DNA from: an uncultured Actinomycetes bacterium
GTDB lineage: Bacteria; Actinomycetota; Thermoleophilia; Solirubrobacterales; 70-9
NCBI GenBank assembly: GCA_963782795.1
Contig: CAWALB010000006.1
Span: 34,808-98,807, forward strand
Length of the DNA stretch: 64,000 bases
Direction of reading: 5' to 3'
This document shows positions 28,932 to 37,644 of the stretch, in pieces; the stretch's first letter is position 1, and the number at the start of each line of letters is the position of its first letter. Made by a program: the position numbers and the translations under genes. The notes beneath the pieces were generated by a model. It did not search any database and was not told the origin of the DNA. It saw only the letters and a list, made by a program, of their open reading frames with translations.

Positions 28932-29078
28932 CTAGGCGCGGCCTGCGCCTCGTGCTCCTGCGAGCCGGGGCCAAAGCAGCAGCACCAGGCCGATCAGGAT
29001 GCAGACGATTCCGAGCGCGTAGTTCACGAGGATCGCCAAAACGATCCCGATGACTATCAGTAGTAGCGCTAGTGGCAT
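28932..29078 (-). CDS. possible 48-aa hydrophobic micro-protein
   Basis: ATG..TAG ORF read by eye (MPLALLLIVIGIVLAILVNYALGIVCILIGLVLLLWPRLAGARGAGRA), downstream of the YtoQ string. Confidence 0.25.
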   Translation of the reverse strand: MPLALLLIVIGIVLAILVNYALGIVCILIGLVLLLWPRLAGARGAGRA

Positions 29079-29123
29079 GGCCCTCTGGTACCCCGGCGGG
29101 ACGAGCCGGAAACTCCGCGTCTC

Positions 29124-29297
29124 CTAGAAGCGGAAGTCGACGCCGAAGAGGAGCAGCGGCCAGAGGAGCACAGCGAGCACCATCTCCGCGACCAGCTTGG
29201 CGCTGCCCAGGCTCGCGAAGTAGTGGTGATTCGACGCGACGATGACGCCGATCGCGACGTAGATGATCGAGAAGATGCTGGGGAACCGCACCCTCAC
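29124..29297 (-). CDS. possible 57-aa two-TM micro-protein
   Basis: Its GTG overlaps the YtoQ stop (GTGTGA). VRVRFPSIFSIIYVAIGVIVASNHHYFASLGSAKLVAEMVLAVLLWPLLLFGVDFRF. Confidence 0.35.
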   Translation of the reverse strand: MRVRFPSIFSIIYVAIGVIVASNHHYFASLGSAKLVAEMVLAVLLWPLLLFGVDFRF

Positions 29298-29770
29298 ACC
29301 TCGATCGCGTAGCGAAGGATCTCGACGACCTGCTCCGGCGACTCGGCGACCGCCATGGCCGCCCGATCGACCTCCTTGAGCGCGTGGGTGAGCTCGGCGT
29401 CGTGGAGCGTGACGATCGGCTTGCCGAGCGCGGCGGCATATCCAGCCTCGAAGGCAGCGTTCCACTGGCGGTACTTGTCGCCGAAGCGCACGACCACCAC
29501 GTCGGCGCGCCGCAGCAGCGTCTGCGTCCGCACCGCATTGACCCCCGCGCCCTTGTGGTCGCGCCAGAACTGCTCGTCCTCCTCGCCGAGGATGCTCGCC
29601 CCGACGTCGTCGGAGGCCGAGTGGTCGGTGACCGGCGCGAGCAGCTGGACCGGCAGGCCGGCATCGCGCACTCCCGCCGCGATGCGCTCGCGCCAGTCGG
29701 AGTGAATCTCCCCCGAGAGATAGACGTTCCAGGTCCCGTCGCCGCTCGTCACTCGCGGATCATTGCGCAT
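29294..29770 (-). CDS. YtoQ family protein (nucleoside 2-deoxyribosyltransferase-like fold)
   Basis: WNVYLSGEIHSDWRERI signature. ATG 29770 preferred; an alternative ATG is at 29797. Confidence 0.75.
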   Translation of the reverse strand: MRNDPRVTSGDGTWNVYLSGEIHSDWRERIAAGVRDAGLPVQLLAPVTDHSASDDVGASILGEEDEQFWRDHKGAGVNAVRTQTLLRRADVVVVRFGDKYRQWNAAFEAGYAAALGKPIVTLHDAELTHALKEVDRAAMAVAESPEQVVEILRYAIEV

Positions 29771-29811
29771 GAGTCCGGGCCTTATACCGGTGCGCATAGA
29801 ATCGCGGCACG

Positions 29812-31173
29812 GTGGGCAAGCCCGTCAAGTACCTGCTTCCGGAGAGCGACATCCCCACGCACTGGGTGAACCTGCTGCCCGACCTGCCGGGCACGCCGTC
29901 GCCGCCGCTTCACCCGGGCACCAAGGAGCCGCTCGGCCCGGAGGACCTCGCGCCGATCTTCCCGATGGGCCTGATCCAGCAGGAGGTCTCGACGGAGCCG
30001 GACATCGAGATTCCCGAGGAGGTTCGCGAGGTCTACAAGCTGTGGCGGCCCACGCCGCTATACCGCGCGCTTCGCCTGGAGCGGGAGCTCGACACTCCCG
30101 CGCACGTCTACTACAAGTACGAGGGGGTCTCCCCCGCCGGCTCGCACAAGCCGAACACGGCGGTCGCGCAGGCCTACTACAACAAGCAGGAGGGGGTCCG
30201 CAGGCTCGCCACCGAGACCGGCGCCGGCCAGTGGGGCTCGGCGCTCGCACTCGCCTGCCGGCTGTTCGACCTGGAGTGCGAGGTGTTCATGGTGGGCATC
30301 AGCTACGACCAGAAGCCCTATCGCCGGGCGATGATCGAGACCTGGGGGGCCACCGTCCACCGCAGCCCCTCCGACCTCACGGACGCCGGACGGGCCCAGG
30401 CCGAGCAGGAGACCGGGAGCCTCGGGATCGCGATCTCCGAGGCCGTGGAGACCGCGGCAAAGGCCGAGGACACCAACTACTCGCTCGGCTCGGTCCTGAA
30501 TCACGTACTGCTCCATCAGACGGTGATCGGCACCGAGGCGATCGACCAGCTCGAGCAGGCGGGCGAGTACCCGGACGTCGTGATCGGCTGCGTCGGCGGC
30601 GGGTCGAACTTCGCGGGCCTTGCGTACCCGCTGATCCGCAAGCACCTGCGCGAGGGAGGCGACACGCGCTTCGTCGCCGCCGAGCCTGCCGCGTGCCCGA
30701 CGCTGACCCGCGGCGCCTACCGCTACGACTTCGGGGACACGGTCGGCCTCACGCCACTGCTCCCGATGTACACGCTCGGGCACGACTTCGTGCCCCCGCC
30801 AGTCCACTCCGGCGGCCTTCGCTACCACGGCGACGCGCCGAGCGTGTCCGCCCTGGTCAAGGAGGGCGTGGTCGAGGCCAGGGCCGTCCCCCAGACGTCG
30901 GCCTTCGACGCGGCGGTCCGATTCGCCCAGGTGGAGGGCATCATCCCCGCCCCCGAGGCGGCCCACGCGCTGCGCGTCGTTTTCGACGAGGCGCAGAAGG
31001 CGAAGCAGGCGGGCGAGGAGCGCGTGATCCTCGTGAACCTCTCCGGACACGGCCATTTCGACATGGCTGCCTACGACGCCTACCACTCCGGAGAGCTCGA
31101 GGATCTCGAGTTCTCCGAGGCGGAGATGGAGGAGGCGCTGGCCCGCCTTCCCGACGCTCCGGCGCTCGCCTGA
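29812..31173 (+). CDS. TrpB-like PLP-dependent enzyme (tryptophan synthase beta, TrpB2 type)
   Basis: 453 aa with the [22 protein letters not shown]-terminus typical of TrpB2. Also [12 protein letters not shown] and [11 protein letters not shown]. Confidence 0.9.
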   Translation: MGKPVKYLLPESDIPTHWVNLLPDLPGTPSPPLHPGTKEPLGPEDLAPIFPMGLIQQEVSTEPDIEIPEEVREVYKLWRPTPLYRALRLERELDTPAHVYYKYEGVSPAGSHKPNTAVAQAYYNKQEGVRRLATETGAGQWGSALALACRLFDLECEVFMVGISYDQKPYRRAMIETWGATVHRSPSDLTDAGRAQAEQETGSLGIAISEAVETAAKAEDTNYSLGSVLNHVLLHQTVIGTEAIDQLEQAGEYPDVVIGCVGGGSNFAGLAYPLIRKHLREGGDTRFVAAEPAACPTLTRGAYRYDFGDTVGLTPLLPMYTLGHDFVPPPVHSGGLRYHGDAPSVSALVKEGVVEARAVPQTSAFDAAVRFAQVEGIIPAPEAAHALRVVFDEAQKAKQAGEERVILVNLSGHGHFDMAAYDAYHSGELEDLEFSEAEMEEALARLPDAPALA

Positions 31174-31205
31174 GCGGGTTTTCGGGCGCTATCGTCACCT
31201 CGCCC

Positions 31206-31294
31206 GGAGAGGTGACCGAGCGGCTTAAGGTGCGCGACTGGAAATCGCGTGGGCGGGTCAAACCGCCTCGTGGGTTCGAATCCCACCCTCTCCG
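31206..31294 (+). tRNA. tRNA-Ser (anticodon GGA)
   Basis: GGAGAGG acceptor stem, anticodon stem-loop CGCGA-CUGGAAA-UCGCG, long variable arm, GGGTTCGAATCCC T-arm, discriminator G. Confidence 0.9.
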
Positions 31295-31314
31295 CTAGCC
31301 CCTGATGGCCGGGG

Positions 31315-32820
31315 GTGCCGGGGTACGATCGCGTCGTGGCGAGGGCGGAACCAGGTCCGGCGGAACCCGCCTTCGTGGTCGTGAACACGGTCGGTCCGCA
31401 GATGACCTCGGCCGTCGCGAGCGCGGTCCGCGAAGCGGCGACGGCCTACGGGCTTTCGGCTGATGGGGCCAACGAGCTCAGGGAGGCATGCGAAGCACTG
31501 CTTCTCCGCATCGCCCGGAGCCCCGACGACCCGGAGGCCGGCCATTTCGAGGTCACGGTCAGCCACCGTCCGGGCCGGGTCGTGGTCCAGATCGACGACC
31601 ACGGAGTGCCGTACGAGCTGGCCGACGACGCGGCAAGCGACCCGCAGGCGGCTATCCACGTGCCGGCACAGCTGCTCGACTTCATGCACGAACGGGTCGA
31701 TCGGATGGATTACCTCTACCGGGGGCGCGAGGGCAACCGCATCGAGTTGACGAAGCGGATCGCCCGAGGCGAGACGAGCAGTGAGGAGCCGGTCCACCCG
31801 CAGGACATCGATCCCGACCAGCCCGTGGAGGTGCGGCCGATGGTCGCGGCCGACTCGATCCCCTTCGTTCGCAACGTCTACCGATCGTTCGGCTACACGT
31901 ATTCGGGCGAATGGGCGTACCACGCCGAGGCGGTCACTCAGCAGCTCGAGTCGGGAATCCTGAACGCATGGGTCGCGGCGACTGCTGACGGGGCGGTCGT
32001 CGGACACGCCGCCATCGAGCGCGACCCTCCCGGCGCAAGGCTCGGTGAGGGTGGGGCGGCCGTCGTCGATCCCGCGTTTCGCCACCACGGCATCTCGGTC
32101 AAGCTCGGGCTCGCGGCACTCGAGTGGACCCAGCAGCAGGAGCTGGTCGGCCTCTTTGCGTACGCGACCACCCGTCACGCCCAGAGCCAGAAGACGTGCC
32201 TCGATCTGGGCGGCAGCGAGCTCGGGCTGCTCTTGGGATACATCCCGGCGCGGGTGAGGTATCGAAGCGTCGGCGAGGCCGACGAGAGCAGCGGGGTGCT
32301 GGTCATGTACCTCGGGCTCCGCCCGGACCCCGACCACGAGGTCCACGCCCCGCCGCAGCATCGCGAGATGCTGCGGCGCATCTACGAGGGCTGCAAGCTG
32401 AACGGCAACTTCGTGGACGGCGAAAGTCCCGATCCGAGTGGACCGACTCGAGTGGACGTCGCGGTCGAGGCCGAGCGCACACTCGCCCGGCTCGATGTGA
32501 CTCGAATCGGCTCAGACCTCACCAAGGCGATGCGCCTTCAGCTGGAGCGGCTCGAGCGCGCCGCCATCACAACCGCCTACATCGATCTCCCGCTCTCGCG
32601 GCCCGAGACTCCATCCGCATGCGACGAACTCGAGCGGCTCGGCTTCTTCTTCGCCGGCGTGTTCCCTTCCGCGGAGGACACGGGCTGGCGGCTGCGGCTG
32701 CAGCACCTCGACGCCCACACGGAGGTCCAGCGCGACGACATCGAGGTCGCGTCAGAGTTAGCCGCCGACCTCCGCGACTACGTGTTGGCGCGTGCTGCCG
32801 CAGGGGAGAAAGGAGCCTGA
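31315..32820 (+). CDS. RsbW-like HATPase domain fused to a GNAT N-acetyltransferase
   Basis: The N-terminal ~140 aa resemble anti-sigma kinases (FVVVNTVGPQMTSAVASAVREAA...EACEALLLRI...VVVQIDDHGVPY). The central GNAT core is VGHAAIERD...AAVVDPAFRHHGISVKLG. GTG start, 21 nt after the tRNA. Confidence 0.65.
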   Translation: MPGYDRVVARAEPGPAEPAFVVVNTVGPQMTSAVASAVREAATAYGLSADGANELREACEALLLRIARSPDDPEAGHFEVTVSHRPGRVVVQIDDHGVPYELADDAASDPQAAIHVPAQLLDFMHERVDRMDYLYRGREGNRIELTKRIARGETSSEEPVHPQDIDPDQPVEVRPMVAADSIPFVRNVYRSFGYTYSGEWAYHAEAVTQQLESGILNAWVAATADGAVVGHAAIERDPPGARLGEGGAAVVDPAFRHHGISVKLGLAALEWTQQQELVGLFAYATTRHAQSQKTCLDLGGSELGLLLGYIPARVRYRSVGEADESSGVLVMYLGLRPDPDHEVHAPPQHREMLRRIYEGCKLNGNFVDGESPDPSGPTRVDVAVEAERTLARLDVTRIGSDLTKAMRLQLERLERAAITTAYIDLPLSRPETPSACDELERLGFFFAGVFPSAEDTGWRLRLQHLDAHTEVQRDDIEVASELAADLRDYVLARAAAGEKGA

Positions 32821-32822
32821 AC

Positions 32823-33179
32823 ATGACGGCGCTGCTCGTAGCAGCCGGTGGAGCACTCGGCGTACTGTCGCGATACGGAATCTCGCGCTTGACCCTCCAT
32901 TCGGAGGCCCTGATCTGGTCGACGGTGGGGATCAACATCGTCGGATCGTTCCTCCTCGGCCTGCTGGTTGCGGAGCACTGGTTCTCGCGCGACCTGCGAG
33001 AGGCCATCGGCGTCGGGTTCCTAGGTGGGTTCACGACGTTCTCGACCTTCTCCGTACAGGTGGTGCTCGACACGGACGCCGGCGAGCCGGGCAAGGCGCT
33101 CGTTTACGTGGTCGTGTCCGTGATCGGAGGGATCGCCGCGGCGGCCGCCGGCTACACGCTCGGCCGGCGCCTCGCATAG
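32823..33179 (+). CDS. crcB: fluoride ion channel CrcB
   Basis: 118 aa, GGALGVLSRY and GFLGGFTTFSTFS motifs. ATG is 2 nt after the upstream stop. Confidence 0.9.
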   Translation: MTALLVAAGGALGVLSRYGISRLTLHSEALIWSTVGINIVGSFLLGLLVAEHWFSRDLREAIGVGFLGGFTTFSTFSVQVVLDTDAGEPGKALVYVVVSVIGGIAAAAAGYTLGRRLA

Positions 33180-33190
33180 GACCGAGCGCT

Positions 33191-35131
33191 CTAGCCCCGG
33201 AGCTTCACCGTCATCACCGAGTGCGCCGGGACCTTCAGCTTCATCGTGCGGCCGTTGACCCACCGCTTGCTGGTCCGGATCGAAACGCGGCCCGGGTGGT
33301 GATAGCTGTTGTACGAGAGGTAGCTCGGCCCCACCAGTTCCTTGACGACCGCCGAGTGCATCGGCTTGCCCCGGACCGCGATCGTGGCCGGCACTCGCCA
33401 GCTACGCGACTTGTTCACGATAGTCACGTAGAGCGCTCCGTTGGGCGCCTTGGTGGCGAGCGCGCTCAGCATCTTCAGGTCCTTGCCCGTGTAGATGTGG
33501 CGTGACGGATTTCTATGGACGGCGGTGCGGACGACCTCGTCGCCCGCGGTGGGGGTCAGGAGGCGGAAGGCGCGGGCCGTGGCGGTCATGATGTACCTGG
33601 GCCTGGGCCCGATCAGGGCCTGCTCGGGCGGGCCGAGGGATGTGGCTCCGTGGGGGGCGTTCTTGTTGCGGTAGTACATGAGAGCCTGCTTGGCCGCGAG
33701 CGGGACGCCCAACTCCATCCATCGCTGCAACTCGAGCGCGCTGTAGACCGCCTGATCCATCGAGCCGAGGTAGTTCTTCGTCGGGCCCAGGCGATGGCCA
33801 AACGACATGCCCCACTCGGAGACGACGATGCCGACCGACTTGCCGTTGCTGCCGGCGTGGCGCTTGATCGCGTGCCGGAGCGCGATCACCTCGTTCGCGC
33901 GCTTGCCCGCGATCGCCATGATGCCGTCGTGGAACTGCTTCACCCCGTGAGGGTGCTTGTGCGGCATATGGCTGTAGAGGTGCTTGACGACGAAGTCGTA
34001 GGGATGCTTGGTGCCCATCATCGAGAGGAAGTGCCCGTTCCAGAAGCAGCTTCCGACCTGGATCGTGGGATCGGCGGCCTTCATCGCGCGGTAGTAGTCG
34101 ACGAAGCCGTCGTGGGGTCCTGACGTGTAGCTCACCCGCACCACGCTGCCCTCCGTCGGGATCTTGCCGTGCACGCCGTCGCCGAACGCGATCTTCCCGG
34201 TCGCCGGGTCGAGCGCATACACCTTGTCGTTCGCGGACGCTTGGGAGAGGTCATCGACCCGCTGCCAGCCGTCATCGTCGACGGTGACCTGGAAAGGCTT
34301 GTCCGGTCGCACCGGTGGGTAGATGACTTGGAATCGTTGACCGGCCGACCCGTCGCTCACGGCGGCCGATCCCTGATGATCCGACGGCGTACCGACTCGC
34401 TGGTCCTTGAATTTCGTGGAGCCGCCGAATACGTACTTCTTGGTCCGCTTGGCGAGCGAGCCGCCGCCCATCCAGTGGGACTGGCCCGGCTCGTAGAGCT
34501 CGTTGCCGATCTCCCAGTTCTGGACGTGGTAAGGCTCCGGGTGCCCGTTCGCGGCGCGCACGCTCGCCCACGCCACTCCGCCGTTCGGATTTGTCCCCAC
34601 GGGAGCGTTCATGTACTCCACCCAGTCGGCAGCCTCCTGCGCGGTTCCGGTGGCGAAGTTCGCGAGCATCATCGCCTGAAGGCCCTGAGTGCTGACGAAG
34701 GAGCCGAACTCGTCCGGTCCGAAGCCGTTTGCCAGCGGCTCGCCCGTGTGCCCGTGCACGTTGAACCCGCGCTGCGAGAGTGGGCCGATGGCCCGCTTCC
34801 AGTGATAGGTGTTGGCGACCGAGCCCCCCGGGAAGCGCATCGCGGTGAAGCCGGCAGCCGAGAAGCGGTGTTCGAAGCGCGGGTACACGTTGTCGATCGA
34901 GGGGTCCCACATGCCGAACCCGTCGTACGGATAGCGGTGGTTCACGCCGAACAGCCCGGGGTGAACCGTCCGCAGGCCGTCACCGGGATGGACCAAGATC
35001 TGAGCCCTCTGCCCGCCGGCTGACGACGCCGGCGAGATCGCGAAGGCACAAAGCGCGACGAGCAGCGCTCCGAGGGCGGCGATCGACCGCCGTCCCGCGA
35101 TCGTCCTCTGTGCGGCGTCCTTACCCTGCAT
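33191..35131 (-). CDS. secreted clan GH-A glycoside hydrolase (alpha-L-arabinofuranosidase-like)
   Basis: Signal peptide (IAALGALLVALCAFAISPASSA). MRFPGGSVANTYHWKRAIGP and NWEIGNELY motifs. The exact GH family is not determinable by eye. Confidence 0.7.
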   Translation of the reverse strand: MQGKDAAQRTIAGRRSIAALGALLVALCAFAISPASSAGGQRAQILVHPGDGLRTVHPGLFGVNHRYPYDGFGMWDPSIDNVYPRFEHRFSAAGFTAMRFPGGSVANTYHWKRAIGPLSQRGFNVHGHTGEPLANGFGPDEFGSFVSTQGLQAMMLANFATGTAQEAADWVEYMNAPVGTNPNGGVAWASVRAANGHPEPYHVQNWEIGNELYEPGQSHWMGGGSLAKRTKKYVFGGSTKFKDQRVGTPSDHQGSAAVSDGSAGQRFQVIYPPVRPDKPFQVTVDDDGWQRVDDLSQASANDKVYALDPATGKIAFGDGVHGKIPTEGSVVRVSYTSGPHDGFVDYYRAMKAADPTIQVGSCFWNGHFLSMMGTKHPYDFVVKHLYSHMPHKHPHGVKQFHDGIMAIAGKRANEVIALRHAIKRHAGSNGKSVGIVVSEWGMSFGHRLGPTKNYLGSMDQAVYSALELQRWMELGVPLAAKQALMYYRNKNAPHGATSLGPPEQALIGPRPRYIMTATARAFRLLTPTAGDEVVRTAVHRNPSRHIYTGKDLKMLSALATKAPNGALYVTIVNKSRSWRVPATIAVRGKPMHSAVVKELVGPSYLSYNSYHHPGRVSIRTSKRWVNGRTMKLKVPAHSVMTVKLRG

Positions 35132-35235
35132 GCCCGAGCATGGGCGACCCTACAACCTCACCCGCCCCGGCGCGAACGTGTCGAAAGGCACGATGCATGA
35201 CGTCAGCGCGACTGGTTAGGGTGCCCGGCGAAGAG

Positions 35236-35376
35236 AACACTGCCGAATCCCTTCGTCCCAGACGGAGGGAGCGGGGGAACCGAAGGGGGCCCGATAAGGG
35301 TCCGGGGGCGAATCGGAACTGACTCCGTAGCGCCGCTCTTTCAGCGCGAGCCCGACAGCTAACCCCGTAGGCCTGA
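35236..35376 (+). promoter_or_regulatory. c-di-AMP riboswitch (ydaO/yuaA class), copy 1
   Basis: GCCGAAUCC-hairpin-AGCGGGGGAACC...GGGGGCGAAUCGG...AGCCCGACAGCUAACCCCGUAGGCC, then UGA, GAAGGAGA (35377..35384) and 8 nt to AUG 35393. Block-by-block alignable with copy 2. Confidence 0.75.
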
Positions 35377-35392
35377 GAAGGAGAGGTTCTCG

Positions 35393-35539
35393 ATGACAGA
35401 GCGAATGCTCAGTCTGTTCGAGCCACGCGGGGTCGGTCGAAGCGCTGAGATCGCCGGCTGGGTAGCCGGCGGCCTCGTGGGATCGATCGTCGCTGTCGCG
35501 GCGCTGCTCGTACTGCTGGGCGCTCACATCGGGGCGTAG
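35393..35539 (+). CDS. 48-aa single-pass membrane micro-protein downstream of the c-di-AMP riboswitch
   Basis: MTERMLSLFEPRGVGRSAEIAGWVAGGLVGSIVAVAALLVLLGAHIGA. Consensus SD at the same spacing as in copy 2. Below the track cutoff, translated by hand. Confidence 0.5.
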   Translation: MTERMLSLFEPRGVGRSAEIAGWVAGGLVGSIVAVAALLVLLGAHIGA

Positions 35540-35541
35540 TC

Positions 35542-35565
35542 GTCGCGGCCCACCAGGGCCGCGAC
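35542..35565 (+). terminator. 9-bp GC hairpin directly after the micro-protein stop
   Basis: GTCGCGGCC-CACCAG-GGCCGCGAC begins 3 nt after the TAG. No U-tract follows. Confidence 0.35.
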
Positions 35566-35742
35566 CCGCGACCCCGCTCTCGCCGCGTGTCCCCCCTCGC
35601 GGCGATCGAGGGCCAGGGACGGCCCCTGTCTGAAAGGCGGCGACCTTGTCGCCGCAGCAGCATGCAAGGCGGCGTAGCCGCCGCAAGTGATTCTGGGAGG
35701 AGCGAGCCGTCGCAATTGCTCGGGTGGCGGTAGGAATAGGTA

Positions 35743-37119
35743 ATGGACCTCCCCCGCTCGAACGATCCCGGGCTCCTCGACCCGGCCGGCGTCGCGCTCC
35801 TGGTCGACCTCTACGAGCTCACGATGTCGGCCGGCTATCTCGCGCGGGGGCTGAACCACGAGGCGGTGTTCGAGCTCTTCCCTCGCCGTTTGCCGCTGCG
35901 GCGAGACTGGCTCCTGGCCGCCGGGCTCGGGCCGACGCTGGAGCTCCTTCGCGCGCTCCGCTACGGCGAGGAGGAGCTTGCGTATCTGCGCTCGCTCGGG
36001 CCGTTCGACGAGGAGTTCCTGGACTATCTCGCCGGCTTCCGGTTCACCGGTGACGTCGAGGCGATTCCGGAGGGAACGGTGACGTTCGCCAACGAGCCGC
36101 TCCTTCGCGTCACGGCGCCTCTGATCGAGGCCCAGCTGATCGAGACGGTCCTGCTCAACCAGATCAACTTCCAGACCATGATCGCCACCAAAGCGGCCCG
36201 CATCGTCCTCGCCGCGGGCGGGGGCGAACCGGGCAAGGGAGATCGCGTCCTCGACTTCTCCCCGCGCCGCGACCACGGCGTTGACGCCGCGATGAAGGTG
36301 GCGCGATCCGCGGCCGTCGCCGGGTGCGGCGGCACCTCGAACGTGGCGGCCGCGATGCGCTACGGGTTGCGGCCGGTCGGGACGATGGCTCACTCCTACG
36401 TGCTCGCCTTCGACAGCGAGGAGGAGGCATTCCGCTCCTTCATCCGGAGCTTCCCCAGGGGGCCGGTGCTGCTGGTCGATACCTACGACACCCTCCAGGG
36501 GGTACGCAACGCGATCGCCGCCTCACGTGACGCGGGCGTCGGGCTCGCGGGAATCCGGCTCGACTCGGGCGACCTGCTCACCCTCTCCCGGGCCGCGCGC
36601 GAGCTGCTGGACGAGGCCGGAATGAAGGGCACCAGCATCGCCGCGAGCGGAGACCTGCACGAGGGGCGGATAGGCGACCTGGTTGCGGCGCGCGCCCCGA
36701 TCGATCTCTGGGGGGTGGGCACGGACCTCGGCACCAGCCGCGACTCTCCGGTGGTGAACGGCGTCTACAAGCTCGTCGCAACCCGGCGCGACGGCGAGTG
36801 GCACGGCGTGTGGAAGCGGTCGGCCGACAAGGCCACCGTGCCCGGCACCAAGCAGGTCTTCAGGGCCTCGTCAGGTAGAACGATCACCGGCGACGTCATC
36901 GGCGCCGACGACGAGGACCTGGAAGGCGAGCCGCTGCTGCGCCCCGCAATGCGCGGCGGCGAGGCCATCGGCTCCGAGTCGCTGGAGCAGATCCGCGAGC
37001 GCGCGGCGGCCCAGCTCGCGTCCCTTCCGGAGGAGCTGCGGCGGCCGGGGGGCGATGGGGCCGCCGCGTACCCGGTGCGCTACTCGGACCGGCTCAGGGC
37101 GGCCATACGGCCGGCCTAG
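35743..37119 (+). CDS. pncB: nicotinate phosphoribosyltransferase
   Basis: 458 aa, LVDLYELTMSAGY N-terminal motif, NAPRTase-like body. Confidence 0.9.
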   Translation: MDLPRSNDPGLLDPAGVALLVDLYELTMSAGYLARGLNHEAVFELFPRRLPLRRDWLLAAGLGPTLELLRALRYGEEELAYLRSLGPFDEEFLDYLAGFRFTGDVEAIPEGTVTFANEPLLRVTAPLIEAQLIETVLLNQINFQTMIATKAARIVLAAGGGEPGKGDRVLDFSPRRDHGVDAAMKVARSAAVAGCGGTSNVAAAMRYGLRPVGTMAHSYVLAFDSEEEAFRSFIRSFPRGPVLLVDTYDTLQGVRNAIAASRDAGVGLAGIRLDSGDLLTLSRAARELLDEAGMKGTSIAASGDLHEGRIGDLVAARAPIDLWGVGTDLGTSRDSPVVNGVYKLVATRRDGEWHGVWKRSADKATVPGTKQVFRASSGRTITGDVIGADDEDLEGEPLLRPAMRGGEAIGSESLEQIRERAAAQLASLPEELRRPGGDGAAAYPVRYSDRLRAAIRPA

Positions 37120-37607
37120 CGCCGGGCTTCGAAAAAGGACTCGAGCAGGGACGCCGACTCGGCCGCCAACAGGCCGCCGTCCACGCGCGGGCGGTGGTTG
37201 AGGCGAGCCTCTCCGAGCACGTCCAGCACGCTGCCCGCCGCGCCCGCCTTCGGGTCGGCCGTGCCGTAGACGACGCGCGGGACCCGGGCCAGGACGATCG
37301 CGCCGGCGCACATCGCGCACGGCTCGAGGGTCACGTACAGCGTGGTCTCCGGTAGGCGCCAGCCGCCGAGCAGCTCGGCGGCCGCCCGGAGCGCCAGGAC
37401 CTCGGCGTGGGCGGTGGGATCCAACCGCAGCTCGCGCTCGTTGCCGGCGGACGCGAGCACGTCGCCGTCCCTGGCGACCAGCGCCCCGATGGGCACGTCG
37501 CCGTGGGTGGTGGCCCGCTCCGCCTCGTCCAGCGCGAGGCGCATCAGGCCTGTATCGGCGCTAGTAAATCCGTCCTCGTCCAGCATGTGAACAGCAGTAT
37601 TGGGCAA
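37116..37607 (-). CDS. tadA: tRNA adenosine(34) deaminase
   Basis: HAEVLALRAA and PCAMCAGAIVLARVPRVVYG zinc-deaminase motifs, 163 aa. Confidence 0.85.
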   Translation of the reverse strand: MPNTAVHMLDEDGFTSADTGLMRLALDEAERATTHGDVPIGALVARDGDVLASAGNERELRLDPTAHAEVLALRAAAELLGGWRLPETTLYVTLEPCAMCAGAIVLARVPRVVYGTADPKAGAAGSVLDVLGEARLNHRPRVDGGLLAAESASLLESFFEARR

Positions 37608-37644
37608 CTCTCACCCCTGAGCCGTGTTACAAGCTATCCACACC

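Noticed and set aside
28781-31294. The 2.3-kb segment between two oppositely oriented tRNA-Ser genes as a genomic island.
   Set aside because: It has no integrase, no direct repeat of a tRNA 3' end and no compositional shift visible by eye. Its content (YtoQ, TrpB2) is housekeeping-like.
32790-32825. A fluoride riboswitch upstream of crcB.
   Set aside because: crcB starts 2 nt after the stop of the upstream gene, which leaves no room for an aptamer. No crcB-motif sequence is seen in the preceding coding region.
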